DNA from: Rebecca billardiae RCC1528
Lineage: Eukaryota > Protista > Haptophyta
Direction: 5' to 3'
Length of the DNA stretch: 64,000 nt
NCBI GenBank assembly: GCA_965240325.2
Contig: OZ251231.1
Coordinates: 434,001-498,000 of the forward strand
Shown: positions 34,050 through 44,456 of the stretch, one piece after another
How positions within the stretch are numbered: position 1 is the first letter of the stretch
Layout of the letters: each line of letters begins with the position of its first letter
Translations under genes and position numbers: made by a program
Notes under the pieces: model-generated
Databases searched by the model: none
What the model was told of the DNA's origin: nothing
Seen by the model: the letters and a program-made list of their open reading frames with translations, nothing else

Positions 34050-35520
34050 ATCCCATCACACGTCGCGTGAGACGGCAAACAGCCACGGCAGCATCACCCT
34101 CTCGTCCAGGATCATCAGGCAGCTGGAGACAGTCCTCCCTTCGACGCGTCTCGGAGCGAGCGCACACGCCCAGCTCTATCTGCGTCACACCGCCCGCGCC
34201 ATCCGTCTCGAGCCCAACGCCCGTCACCACGCGCAGTATGGCAAACCGTCATGATCGGACCGAGCTCGTCGCCCGAGTGCAGCCTTCGCCCGCAATGCCG
34301 CGCGCGAGCATTCGAGTTCGACAATAAGTCGTCAGCGACTTGTGGGCCGGCGGGGAGATCCACGCGTGGCATAGATACCATGTAGGTCGTCAGCTCCTGC
34401 TCGGTGTACGCACGCGCTCTGCATCTGAACACTTGATAGAAGCTCTCGATCATCACCATCGAGCTGTCTACGTGAGCCTGTGCGACCGTCTGCGCAACAC
34501 CTCGCGCCTCACCCTTGATGCTGAGCTCACGCGAGACAAAGAAGGCTATGTAGGGCTCAATGACATTCATACAGTGAGAGCGTCCTTGCCGCAGCGAGCG
34601 ACAGCTTCCTTCGCCCGCTTCTTAGCACTCGCCCTGCTGTTCTTGGGCGTGAGTGAGGCGTGGTGCCTCGTCAGCCTGCTGAGCGGTTCTTGTCGATGCG
34701 TGTCACAGCGCGGAAGCAGGTGTGCGTTCGCGAGGCGTCGTGCGTGGATGCCGTTCTTCATGCTGACGACATAGATAGACTGCGTAGCGGCCGTCTCCTC
34801 ATCCAAGAGCCTCGAGCATGCCACGACTCTGACACTTCAGCGCTCCGGCCGGCGCGCATGCACCATCAAGTGCAACCGAGCGGTTGAGAGGTAGCCGCCG
34901 CCAGCTTTTCGAACCTCACCAACACGCGCTGGATGAACATTGCAAAGTTGTCGCATACTATGAGTGTCGCGTGTCTCTTCCCGCGACTGTTGCTGCGCGA
35001 CGTGATGTGCAAGACCAGTCGCGCGCGCGCTCCATCCAATACACGCACGGCTGATGAATGGACGTGGCCGAGCGCAAGCACGCACGCGCGAGTCGTAGGC
35101 TGCGAACGTCGTGTGCAGCCAGACTGCGACGTGCACGGCACGTATCCACCTTGCATTGCTACGTCTCTTCACACCGGGCCTGGGACTCTTCCAGGCTGAG
35201 ACGGCCTGCTCTGCTGCCCTCTGTGACTCAGATGCCGCGCGAACGTGCCGCGCGGCTGCGCGATGTCGCGATTGGAGCTCAAGGGTGGTTGACTTTCGGT
35301 ACATGCTACTCAAGCAGGAAGAGGCCGATCGAGGCGCGGAGTGGCGCGCTGCACCCGCAACAGCGGGCATCGTGCAGCGCGCGAGAGCGCGCGCCGCTTC
35401 CGGGCGCACGGCGACGGCGCCATGTACCGAAAGACGGGTGGACAGGTCGCGTCCACTGGGAATGTAACATCTGTCAGTCGCGGGCGGTCATTTTTCCGTG
35501 CAACCTGTCGATTTAAAGAC
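34050..35520 (-). pseudogene. Fragmented coding-like region, possibly a decayed transposase
   Basis: Lower-GC stretch with several short abutting minus-strand ORFs. TLIVCDNFAMF...LAAATSQPL only weakly resembles pogo DDE motifs. Confidence 0.2.
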
Positions 35521-35639
35521 ACAGGCACGAGGGCGCAGCTCTCCTGATTCGTCTGTAGTGGTACTGGTCGAAGCTTGCAGCAGTGGCAGTGGTGTGAGCA
35601 CGTTGATGTTGGTCCCCATGGCGGATGTCGTTGTCGTAG

Positions 35640-35677
35640 CAAGGGGCTTACAAAAGTGGTATTTTGTAAGCCCCTTG
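35640..35677. mobile_element. 38-bp micro-MITE of the CAAGGG family
   Basis: Perfect 16-bp TIR CAAGGGGCTTACAAAA with a 6-nt spacer. Flanks GTCGTAG / GTTGTAG form a 7-bp TSD with one C>T change at a CpG. Confidence 0.7.
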
Positions 35678-35715
35678 GTTGTAGACCCGATCGACAGCTC
35701 GACGTGATCTGACTT

Positions 35716-35774
35716 TACAGTTTACTAAGAATACGACTACAGTAAGAGACGCACACAGCTCAGGCAGGCGAGAT
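35716..35774 (-). repeat. 49-bp dispersed motif interrupted by an 11-bp footprint-like insertion
   Basis: Reverse complement of the motif in which one TA is replaced by TA-CGAC-TA-CAG-TA (35732-35744). Confidence 0.85.
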
Positions 35775-36265
35775 CGACAGTAGCTCAGTGTAACAGCAGC
35801 AGCACAGTGCAGCTGCTGTTACACTGAGACCAAGTGAGTTGCCAAGTACATTCGAATGACGACGAACTGTACGACACTCGCACTGCGGACGTAGTCTGAC
35901 TCTGATGCTCGCAGGGGCGCGTACCGGTAGAGAGAGCAGTAGGATTCGTGACTATCGATGCTGATCGGCGGTTACGACGGCCTAAATTATTTAGTATAAA
36001 TATACTAATACTTGCGAGCTGACCGCCTGACCGCGGTTCCAAGTGAGCCCTCGGGCCGCCTCGGCCTCGTCATGCACTCAATGCAGCAATACACAGCAGC
36101 ATTATATATATATTATTCTGAACAGCAGCCGATATATATATAATACATACCAGCAGCATTGTGGCTTGTGCAGCTCGGCGGGGCTTCACAATCACATCAC
36201 TGAACAGCATTCAACTCGCAGTCCGGCGCGGACCGGTTGGCCCGATCAGGTAACGGGTTCCCCGC

Positions 36266-37406
36266 TTATTGCCCTGATGACTCCGGTAGTGGCAGAGCGT
36301 GGTCTGCTGCATCGCCCGCGCCGCCATTGGAGTCGCTGCCACCGCCATCACTGGCCGCCTTGTCCTCGGCGGCAGCGCCTGGCTCCTGCAGCATCGCGCC
36401 CCGCTGCGGCTGCTGCGGCTCGGGCTGCGGCTGCTGCGGAGGCGCAGTGCCCCGCGGGGGGCTCGGCGTCGCCTGTGGTCGGGACGGCGGCGGTTGGGCG
36501 AGAGCTTGCAGCTGCGCCCACATCAGCCCGAGCGCCTCGTCCTGCAGCTCACGCAGTGCGCGCTCGCGCTCGAGGTGCGCGCTGAGCTCGTCCAGCCTCC
36601 GCTCAGTAGCCAGCAGGCGAGTGCGCACGCGCAGAGAGGAGGTCTGCCGGGCAGCGACCGCCGCGCGCGCCGCGTGCCCGCGCCACGCCGCCTGCACGTG
36701 TGCGGCTGCGTGGCGCCACCGCTGCGCGACCGCGGCACGCTCGCGCACCCGCCGGCCGCGCAGCGTCGCCTGCAGCCGAGCCGCGGCCTGCTCCTCCTCC
36801 GAGGGGGGGGCGGGGCGCGGAGCCGTCCCCGCGGACGTGCTCGCGTGCGCCGCCCCGCGCCGCCCAACCCAGTCTGCCGTCGGGATCGGCCCTGGCGGCG
36901 GCAGCCGTGCCTCTGCCCGGGGCGGAGCCGAGCGCGCGCCGGCCGGCCCAGATGCTCCTCGGCTGCGCTTGAGTGCGGACAGCTCCTGCCGCATCTCGCG
37001 CAGCTGCGCGCCCAACGGGTGTTGCGACGCGCCGGGCGCGAAAACGGGAGGCGCCAGCGGGCGAGAGAGAGAGACACGCGGGCGCGCCCGGCGCCATCGG
37101 CACGCGCGGGCAGCCGGCAGGCCGTCAAGAGCGGCGGCCAGGCGTCCGTGGCGGCAGCGCCGGCGGCGCGGCGGCGTGGCGAGCGCGCGCCGCCAGAGCC
37201 GGGGCAACCCGATGGAACAGGCGGAAGGGCGCGAGCAAGCGGCGCGCGCGCGGCAGCACAGAACGGCGCGTGAGCGAGCAGGGCGCGCGCGTGCCCACGG
37301 TCGCACCGGCACTCCCCCGCCGCGCGCGCGCGCGCGCGCGCGCACCTCGCGCTGCAAGCCAGCCACCGCCTCCATCGCCGACGCTGCACCAGCCGTTGGC
37401 GTGGGC

Positions 37407-37448
<42 letters not shown>

Positions 37449-38782
37449 TGCAGCAGCGGCGGGTGCCGCAGAAGCGGCGTGCTCGCACCGTCCTCTGCGG
37501 GCCTAGCGGACGCACCCAGCCCTCCCGGGCGCGCGGTAGGCGAGTCGGACACGACCAGGTCCGGTGGCGGGAAGGCGGGCGCAGGGCGAGAGGCGGCCGC
37601 GGCCGTGGCGCCACAGCCCAGCTCGTCCGTCGATCCGGCCGCGGTTGCTGCACGCTGCTCACGCGGCATGGTCCCGGCGCCGGCGCCGGCGCCGGCGCCG
37701 CCGCCATCGGCCGCACCCGAGCCGCCCTCGCCCTCGCCCACCGAGCCACCAGCGGCCGCGTGCGCAAGCAGCCATGCCGGCGGCGGCGGCGGTCCGGCCG
37801 TGCCCTGCTGAGCCGTCTCAAGGGCGGCCGCCTCGGCGAGATGCTGTCGGGCTGCCGCGCGCGCGGCCGCGCCCGGTGGCGGCCGCTGCCCGGCAGCCGG
37901 CGGGTGCGCGTCGGCGTGCACGGGCTGCGCGTCCCACGCGGCCGCGCGGGCCGGCGTGGCCTGCGCGGTCTGCGCGGGCCCCACGCCCAAGGGGGCGGCT
38001 GGGCCCAGGAACGCATCCAGACCACCGAAGGACGAGAGGTGATCGAGAAGCTCGCCCTCGGCGCACGGCGGCCTCAGCAGCTCGAGCTTGGCCATGTCGA
38101 GCTGCGCCGCGGCGCCCGCGGCGCCCGCGCCGCCCTCGGCGCCGCTCTCGCTGAAGAGGACGAGCGCCGTCGCGCGCTCGGCGTGCGTCAGCGCGACGCG
38201 GTCCACGGCGGAGAGCGCGGGGCACAGGAACGCGCAGAAGGCGCGGAGCGCGCAGCGCCGGCGCTCCGCGTTGCGCGCGAGCGGGTTGCCCGCGATCTCG
38301 AGCTGCGCGAGGTGCGTGAGGCACGCGAGGAAGCGGAGGCCCTGCGCGTGGGCCAGCCGGTTCTCGCGCAGCCCGAGCTGCACGAGCGAGATCGGCAGCC
38401 GGTTGGGCAGCTCGTCAAGGGACGAGATCGCATTGTCGTCGAGCCGCAGCGCGCGGAGCGAGCCGCAGCCCGCCGCGACGGGGATGGACTGGAGCTCGTT
38501 GTGCCCGCAGTCGAGCCAGCGCAGGCGCGTGTTCCCGCGCAGCACGTCCGCCGGCAGCTCGCGCAGCGCGTTGTGCGACAGGTCGAGCGACTCGAGCTGC
38601 GGCAGCTGCTGGCCGAGAGGCGGCAGCGCGCGCAGCGCGTTGTGCCTGAGCACAAGGCTCTTCAGGCCGCGCACGCTGAGCTGCGAGGGGCGGAGCACAC
38701 CGATCTGCATGCCGGAGAGGTCCAGGCACTCGTCCTCCGAGTGCGGCAGCGCCACCGGCGCCGCGCGCACCACATCGCCCAT
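36266..38782 (-). CDS. CEP97: Centrosomal protein CEP97-like (LRRs, LRRcap, IQ motifs, coiled coil; intron 37004-37345)
   Basis: N-terminal LRRs, LPISLVQLGLRENRL...LRFLACL...GNP, IQ motifs LQATLRGRRVR and VQAAWRGHAAR, and C-terminal ERALRELQDEALGLMWAQLQAL resembling CEP97. Confidence 0.75.
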
Positions 38783-38954
38783 CGGCTGCCACGCTCGTCG
38801 CGGTCGTTGCACTCAACCACTCGTACTTCGAAATCAGCGCTGACGAAACGCGGGCACGGCCGCCATCGTGCCACTCGGACTGGCCTGGGCAGCGCCGGGC
38901 TCGCCCGCCGCCGTCTGGAGCTCCCCAGTGGCAGGTGCCGGTCCAGCCGCCACG

Positions 38955-40088
38955 ATGTACGGTCCAAGCGCGGGCATGAAGCCCGCGTACGAGAACCCGC
39001 CGGCGCACGCCGGGGAGTTCACGCCCGACGACTTCATGTACGGCGCGTCCGTCTCCGCGTGCTCCGCCGAGATCCAGAACGGCTTCCTGCGCAAAGTGTA
39101 CGGCCTGCTGAGCGTTCAGCTGCTCGTCACGACGGCGATCGGCTGCTGGTTCATGTTCCACGAGCAGACGCGACTCTTCGTCACGCGCACGCCGAGCCTG
39201 CTGTACCTCACCTTCTTCGCCTCGCTCGGCTTCCTCTTCGCCTGCCACTGCTACAAGGACAAGCACCCGATCAACCTCGGGCTGCTCGGGGGCTTCACGC
39301 TGTCGATCGCGTACTCGGTCGGCGTGACGTGCGCGGTGTACCAGGCGCACGGGCTCGGGTACATCGTGCTGCAGGCGTTCCTGCTCACCGCCATCATCAC
39401 CACCGCGCTCACCACGTACACGCTGCGCTCCAAGCGCGACTTCTCCTTCCTCGGCGCCGGCCTGTTTGGCGGTCTGTGCGCGCTCATCCTCGGAGGGTTG
39501 GCACACGCTCTGATTGGCTGGATCACGGGATACGGGCTGGGCAGCGGCTTCTCGTTCGTGCTCGCGCTCTTCGGCGCGTGCATCTTCTCGGGCTACATGT
39601 GCGCGCGCGCGCGCGCGCGCACGCCCCCTGCGCTCCGCGCCGCCGCGCCCGGGCACTCAGCCGAGGCTGTGCCACCACTGACTCCCACTGACTCGGCCAA
39701 TACCCGCGCCGACACCGCTTGCCCCGGCCGCCTGCCCCCGCGCGCAGCGTGTACGACACATGGATGATCTCGCAGAAGATGTCGCCCGACATGTACGTGC
39801 AGGCGACGATCGCGCTCTACCTCGACATCGTCAAGTGCGCGCCCGCGCGTCCTGCCCCGGCGCCGCGCCGCGCGCCGCGCCCGTCCGCCGGGTGCGGGCA
39901 GGCACACCTGCGCCTTCGTGCCGTGCCCCTGGGCTGTGGGGCCTCGACACCTGCGCTGGAGCGACGTGCCAGCGCTGACGCACCGCCGCCCGACGCGCCC
40001 GCTCGCCGCTGTGCTGTGCCGCGCGCGCAGCCTGTTCATCGAGCTGCTGCGCATCCTCTCCTACCTGCAGTCCGGTGGCGACCGGTGA
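38955..40088 (+). CDS. TMBIM/Bax inhibitor-1 family protein (LFG4/GAAP-like); introns ~39599-39748 and ~39836-40030
   Basis: GFLRKVYGLLSVQLLVT, PINLGLL..FT, DFSFLG, FSGYIVYDT and LYLDIVNLF after splicing. Confidence 0.9.
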
Positions 40089-40618
40089 GCTCTGGCTCGG
40101 CGGGCCCCGGCTCATCGGTGTGCAGAGTCCGGTGGAGTTCTGCACGGCCAGCGCAGCGCATCGCGCCCCATCAGGCGCGGGCAGCGGCACAGCACCGGCG
40201 TTCGGCATTGCGTGACTGCCACCTCCGCGGCTTCACGGGGCGCGTACTGGCCGGCGCCGCTGAGTGACGCCGGCGCCGCAGCCCGCCACGGGTCATCCTC
40301 GCTGACGCCTCCGTATGCGCCCTGCCAGATCAACCTTCGGATGTGGAGACAGCGCGACACGTCAGCGTCGAAGTAGCTAGACGAGACTCAGCAGCCCGCT
40401 GCTATGACTACCGATGACAACCGCGCTGCCACTGCCCGGTCCCGGACTGGCCCCGGCTCCAATAACAATAGCGGGACCGGACGCCAGCGGACGGCAGGGC
40501 TGCCGCCGCGAGCAGGACCAAACAGGACCACGTCAGCAGATTGCTGCGGCACCAGGAGCGCATCGCCGCATCCGTCCGCCTCATCCGCCGCCGACTTCCT
40601 CTTGGCCGTCGCCTCAGC

Positions 40619-41611
40619 ATGGTCGCCATCCCCTCAGCAGCGCGCCTCGCCAGCCTCGGGGTGGGCGCGCTCTACGTCGCGGCCATGGTCGTGAACGTCG
40701 TCTCGAACACGGGCTCCGTCCCCGTCTCCAACGTGCAGCTCTCGTCCACGCACCCGGTGTACCTGCTGCCGAGCGGGTACGCGTTTGCGATCTGGTCGAT
40801 CATCTACCTGCTGCTCGGCGCGGTGGTGGTCGTGCAGGCGCTCCCGTCGAACGTCGACGACCCGTCCACCCCCGGCGCGGCGCTCTACGCCAAGCTGCGC
40901 CCATGGCTCGCGCTCGCGCTCGCGACGAACGGCGCGTGGCTGTATCTTTTTTCGTTCCAGCTCTTCTGGGCGGCGTTTGTGGACATCGCCGTGTACCTGG
41001 GCGCGCTGGTGGCGATGGTGCGCATCGTCGACCTCGACCTCGCCGCGGACATCGGGCAGCCCGAGTACAAGCAGCGCCTCCTCGTGCACGCCGCGTGCGC
41101 GTCGAACGCGGCGTGGGTGAGCGTGGCAACGTGCCTTCAGCTGCAGATCAATCTGATGGAAGAGGGGTACTACCCGTCCGCGGACCTGAGCGTGGGGCTC
41201 GTCGTGCTCATCGGCGGGGTCGCCGCGCTGCGCTGCTTCGCCAAGGCCGACCTCGTCTGGGCGCTCGTCAGCGCGTGGGCCCTCGCCGCCATCGTGCATA
41301 ACCAGCGGCCAGCTTCCAAGTGGGGGTGCGTGGGCGACGTGTGCGCGGCGTGCGCGGCCGCGCCGCAGCGCATCTGCGCCAGCGAGCGCGCCGCGCCGCT
41401 CGGCTGGGCGAAGACGTGCGCCGGCGGTGCGGCGGCGAAGGCCGTCGCCGCCGGCGAGCTCGGCGCGTGCGTCGTCCCCAAGTCCGAAGCCCTCAGCGCC
41501 GCGTGCGAGGTCGTGATCGCGCTCGTGGCGGCCAGCTTTGTGCTCGGCGTCGTGCGCGGCCTGCTCGCCAAGCGCGCGCGCGCCGGCAATAAGGCCGACG
41601 AGGCCGAGTAG
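40619..41611 (+). CDS. TspO/MBR-related (tryptophan-rich sensory) multi-pass membrane protein
   Basis: PSGYAFAIWSIIY, NGAWLYLF, AAWVSVAT and WALAAI motifs with about 8 TM helices. Confidence 0.7.
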   Translation: MVAIPSAARLASLGVGALYVAAMVVNVVSNTGSVPVSNVQLSSTHPVYLLPSGYAFAIWSIIYLLLGAVVVVQALPSNVDDPSTPGAALYAKLRPWLALALATNGAWLYLFSFQLFWAAFVDIAVYLGALVAMVRIVDLDLAADIGQPEYKQRLLVHAACASNAAWVSVATCLQLQINLMEEGYYPSADLSVGLVVLIGGVAALRCFAKADLVWALVSAWALAAIVHNQRPASKWGCVGDVCAACAAAPQRICASERAAPLGWAKTCAGGAAAKAVAAGELGACVVPKSEALSAACEVVIALVAASFVLGVVRGLLAKRARAGNKADEAE

Positions 41612-42237
41612 GCGGGGTGTGGCGGTGCACGTGCGCGCGCAGGCCGTAGTGCACGCGCGCGAGCGTGGCCGCCACCTGGAGCCGCTGCTGCGCCCCGGGC
41701 GGCGCGGATACCACGGACGATGACGATGGCACTCCCCGCAGCCCCGCAGGCCGCGCCGACGACACGACACGATGCCAGATGAGTAAATCAGAGACGACCG
41801 TTGCCAGAGTCGATGCCAGCAGACCGATACGACTCTCTCTCTCTCTATATATATGATACCGTTGACGATGCTAAGACGGCGGCGGACTAGCGCTGCGTAT
41901 TGTAGTGATGCGCGCATCAGCGCAGTCCGTTCCGTCGGCGCTGCTTCAGATTGTGCTATAGCTACCGGCCAGGATATAGTTGCTATACGCCTATGCCCTA
42001 TACGGCGGCGACTTGGGCTTGGCATCATTGCTGACATGAAGTGTCTCAAGTGATTCAAATTCGGCGGCATCTGACGATGATCGCTATCTGAATCCGATGA
42101 GACGGCGAGGCATACAGTAGCAGCGCAGCTGGCCAGCTGCGGCCAGCTGCCATACGCAGAGTATAGCGCAGTCGGTCCGCGAGTAGTCACGTACGTAGAC
42201 AACACAGCTCGTCCGGGACGACGCCACGCACGACTGC

Positions 42238-44424
42238 TCAGGCGCCGCCACTCGCGCCGCCGGCGGCGCGCTCTCGCGCGAGCGCCGCCTCCGCGTCGGT
42301 GAGGCCCTGCGCGGCGCGCGCAACGAGCATCTCGCGCGCGGCGCCGAGCAGCTGCTCGGCGTACCCCGGCATGTAAGGGTCGCCGCGCCCGTCCCGGTTG
42401 TACGCGGCGGCGTTGGCGCGCATCAGCTCGAGGTCGTCGAGCAGCTCGGCCGCGGCGCCGTACTCATGCTGCTTGGAGCGGCGCAGCATCACGGACAGGT
42501 CGATTGGCCGCGAGACGAGCGCGGCGTACCCAGGCGCGACGCGCGGGTTGACCGCCTTGGAGAAGGGCGCGGCGTGCTTGAAGCGAAGCAGCTCGACGAC
42601 CACGCCCTGCAGCTGCGCGGACACCGCCTCCTGCGCCGCCGAGACCGAGCGTCGGCGGCGCGCGTTTGCCTGCGGCCGCGCGCGCAGGTACGCTTCCTCC
42701 GCCTCCCGCTTGCGACGGCCCGCCTCCCGGGCGCTTTTGAGGTCGAGCTTAATGCCGGTGACGCCGCCGCCGCTCGCGGCGCCGCCCGCGCGCGCGGCGG
42801 CGGACTTGAGCCCGGTCAGCGTGATCTTCAGGTCCACGTCGCCGTCCTTCACCATCCCGAGCGACGCCGCGTCCGCGTCCTCCTCCTCGAGTGCGCCGTA
42901 CAGCGGGCAGCGCCGGTTGGTGCGCGTGTGCCCGTAGCCGCCGCACCGGCCGCACTTGAGCGCGGCGGCCGACTTGCGACCGATCGGCGGACCGGCCATG
43001 CCGGGGAGCGAGAGCTCGAGCGCGCCGCCGCCGAGCGCCGCGCCCGCGCCGCTGCCCCCCGCGCCGCCACCGGCACCACTCCCACCGCCGCCCTCCGCGC
43101 CGCCCGCGCCCGGCGCAATCGGCGCGGCGAAAGGATCAGCGAACGGGTCATCGTCGTCGTCGGCGTCGGCGGCGGCGTCGGCGGCGGCGTCGGCCGCGCC
43201 CGCGCGCGCGGCGGCTGCGGCGGAGGGCTCGGCGCCCGCCGTCGAGGCGCCGCCGCCGCCCGCCCCCTCGGCCGCCATCGCCGCCTCCTGCTGCCGGATG
43301 TAAGCCTCCAGCGCCGCGCGCTGCGCGTGCGCGCGCTCGAGCTCGCGCCGTTGAGACTCGAGCTCGGCGCGTGAGATGCGGTCAGTCGGCGCGCGCGCCG
43401 CGTCCGCAGCGACCGCGCCGCCGGCGCGCTCCTCAGCGGCGGTTGCGCGGCCGAGCGCGGCGCGCGCGCTCGCGAGCGCGCGGACGCGCTCCGCGCCCTG
43501 CGCGCCGCCGCCGCCGCCGCCGCCGCCGAGCATCCGCTGCAGCTCACTCGACTCCTCAGCCGACGCGAGCGCGCGCGCGGCCGCCTGCGCGGCCGCGCCG
43601 GTGGCCAGGCCGCCCAGTGCCGCCTCAAGAGCGGCGGCGGCGTCGTCGTGGTGCTGCGCGGCGGCGGCGGCGCCGTCCATGCCGTCGCCCACCGCGTCGA
43701 TCGCGTCCGCCGCCGCGCCCGCCGCCAGCTCCGCCATCGTCTCCGCCTCGGCGCGCAGCCATGCGATTTGGCGCCGGAAGATGTCTCGCGAGTCGGCAAG
43801 CGTCGCACGCGCCGAGTCGTCCGCGCGCGCGCGCGCCGAGCCGGCCTCGCCGCCCTCCGCTGCGTCATCGTCCATCTGCATGCGTCGCTTGATCTCGCGG
43901 ATGCGCTCCCAACGCGTCATCGTGCGCACCTCCGCCTCGCCCACGCCCAGGCTGCCCAGCAGCGCGACGCACGCGTCCGCGCGCAGCGCGACGAGCGAGC
44001 CGTGCTCGCGGCGGAACGCGGCGAGGCGCGCGGCGCGCTCGGCGCGAGCGGCCGCCTCCGCGGCGGATGCGGGGGCGGCGCCGGCGCCGTCGGCGGCGGC
44101 GCCGCCGCCGCGGCGGCGGAGGGCGTACCCGAAGCCCAGCCCCGCGCCGAGCGGGTCGCCCGCCGCGTCCAGCCGCAGCTGCGCGCCGCCGCGCGCCGCG
44201 GTGGCGAGCGCGCGCGTCAGCTCCCACGGGGCGGCGCGGAGCGCGGCCGCGACGCGCCTGGCGACCACCCTCTCTCGCACGGAGAGAACGGGTGCCTCGA
44301 TCGCGCGCTCGGCGGCGTCGGCGCCGAGCAGCGAGCGCACGCCGCGATCCTGCCACGCCTGCGCCGCCGCCTCCGCCGAGCACAGCCGCGCGAGCGCGTC
44401 CGCGTCGAACACCTCAGCGCCCGA

Positions 44425-44456
<32 letters not shown>

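Noticed and set aside
35640-35684. Hairpin as a rho-independent terminator or Helitron 3' end
   Set aside because: No U-tract or CTRR follows it. The 7-bp flanking duplication and CAAGGG ends explain it better.
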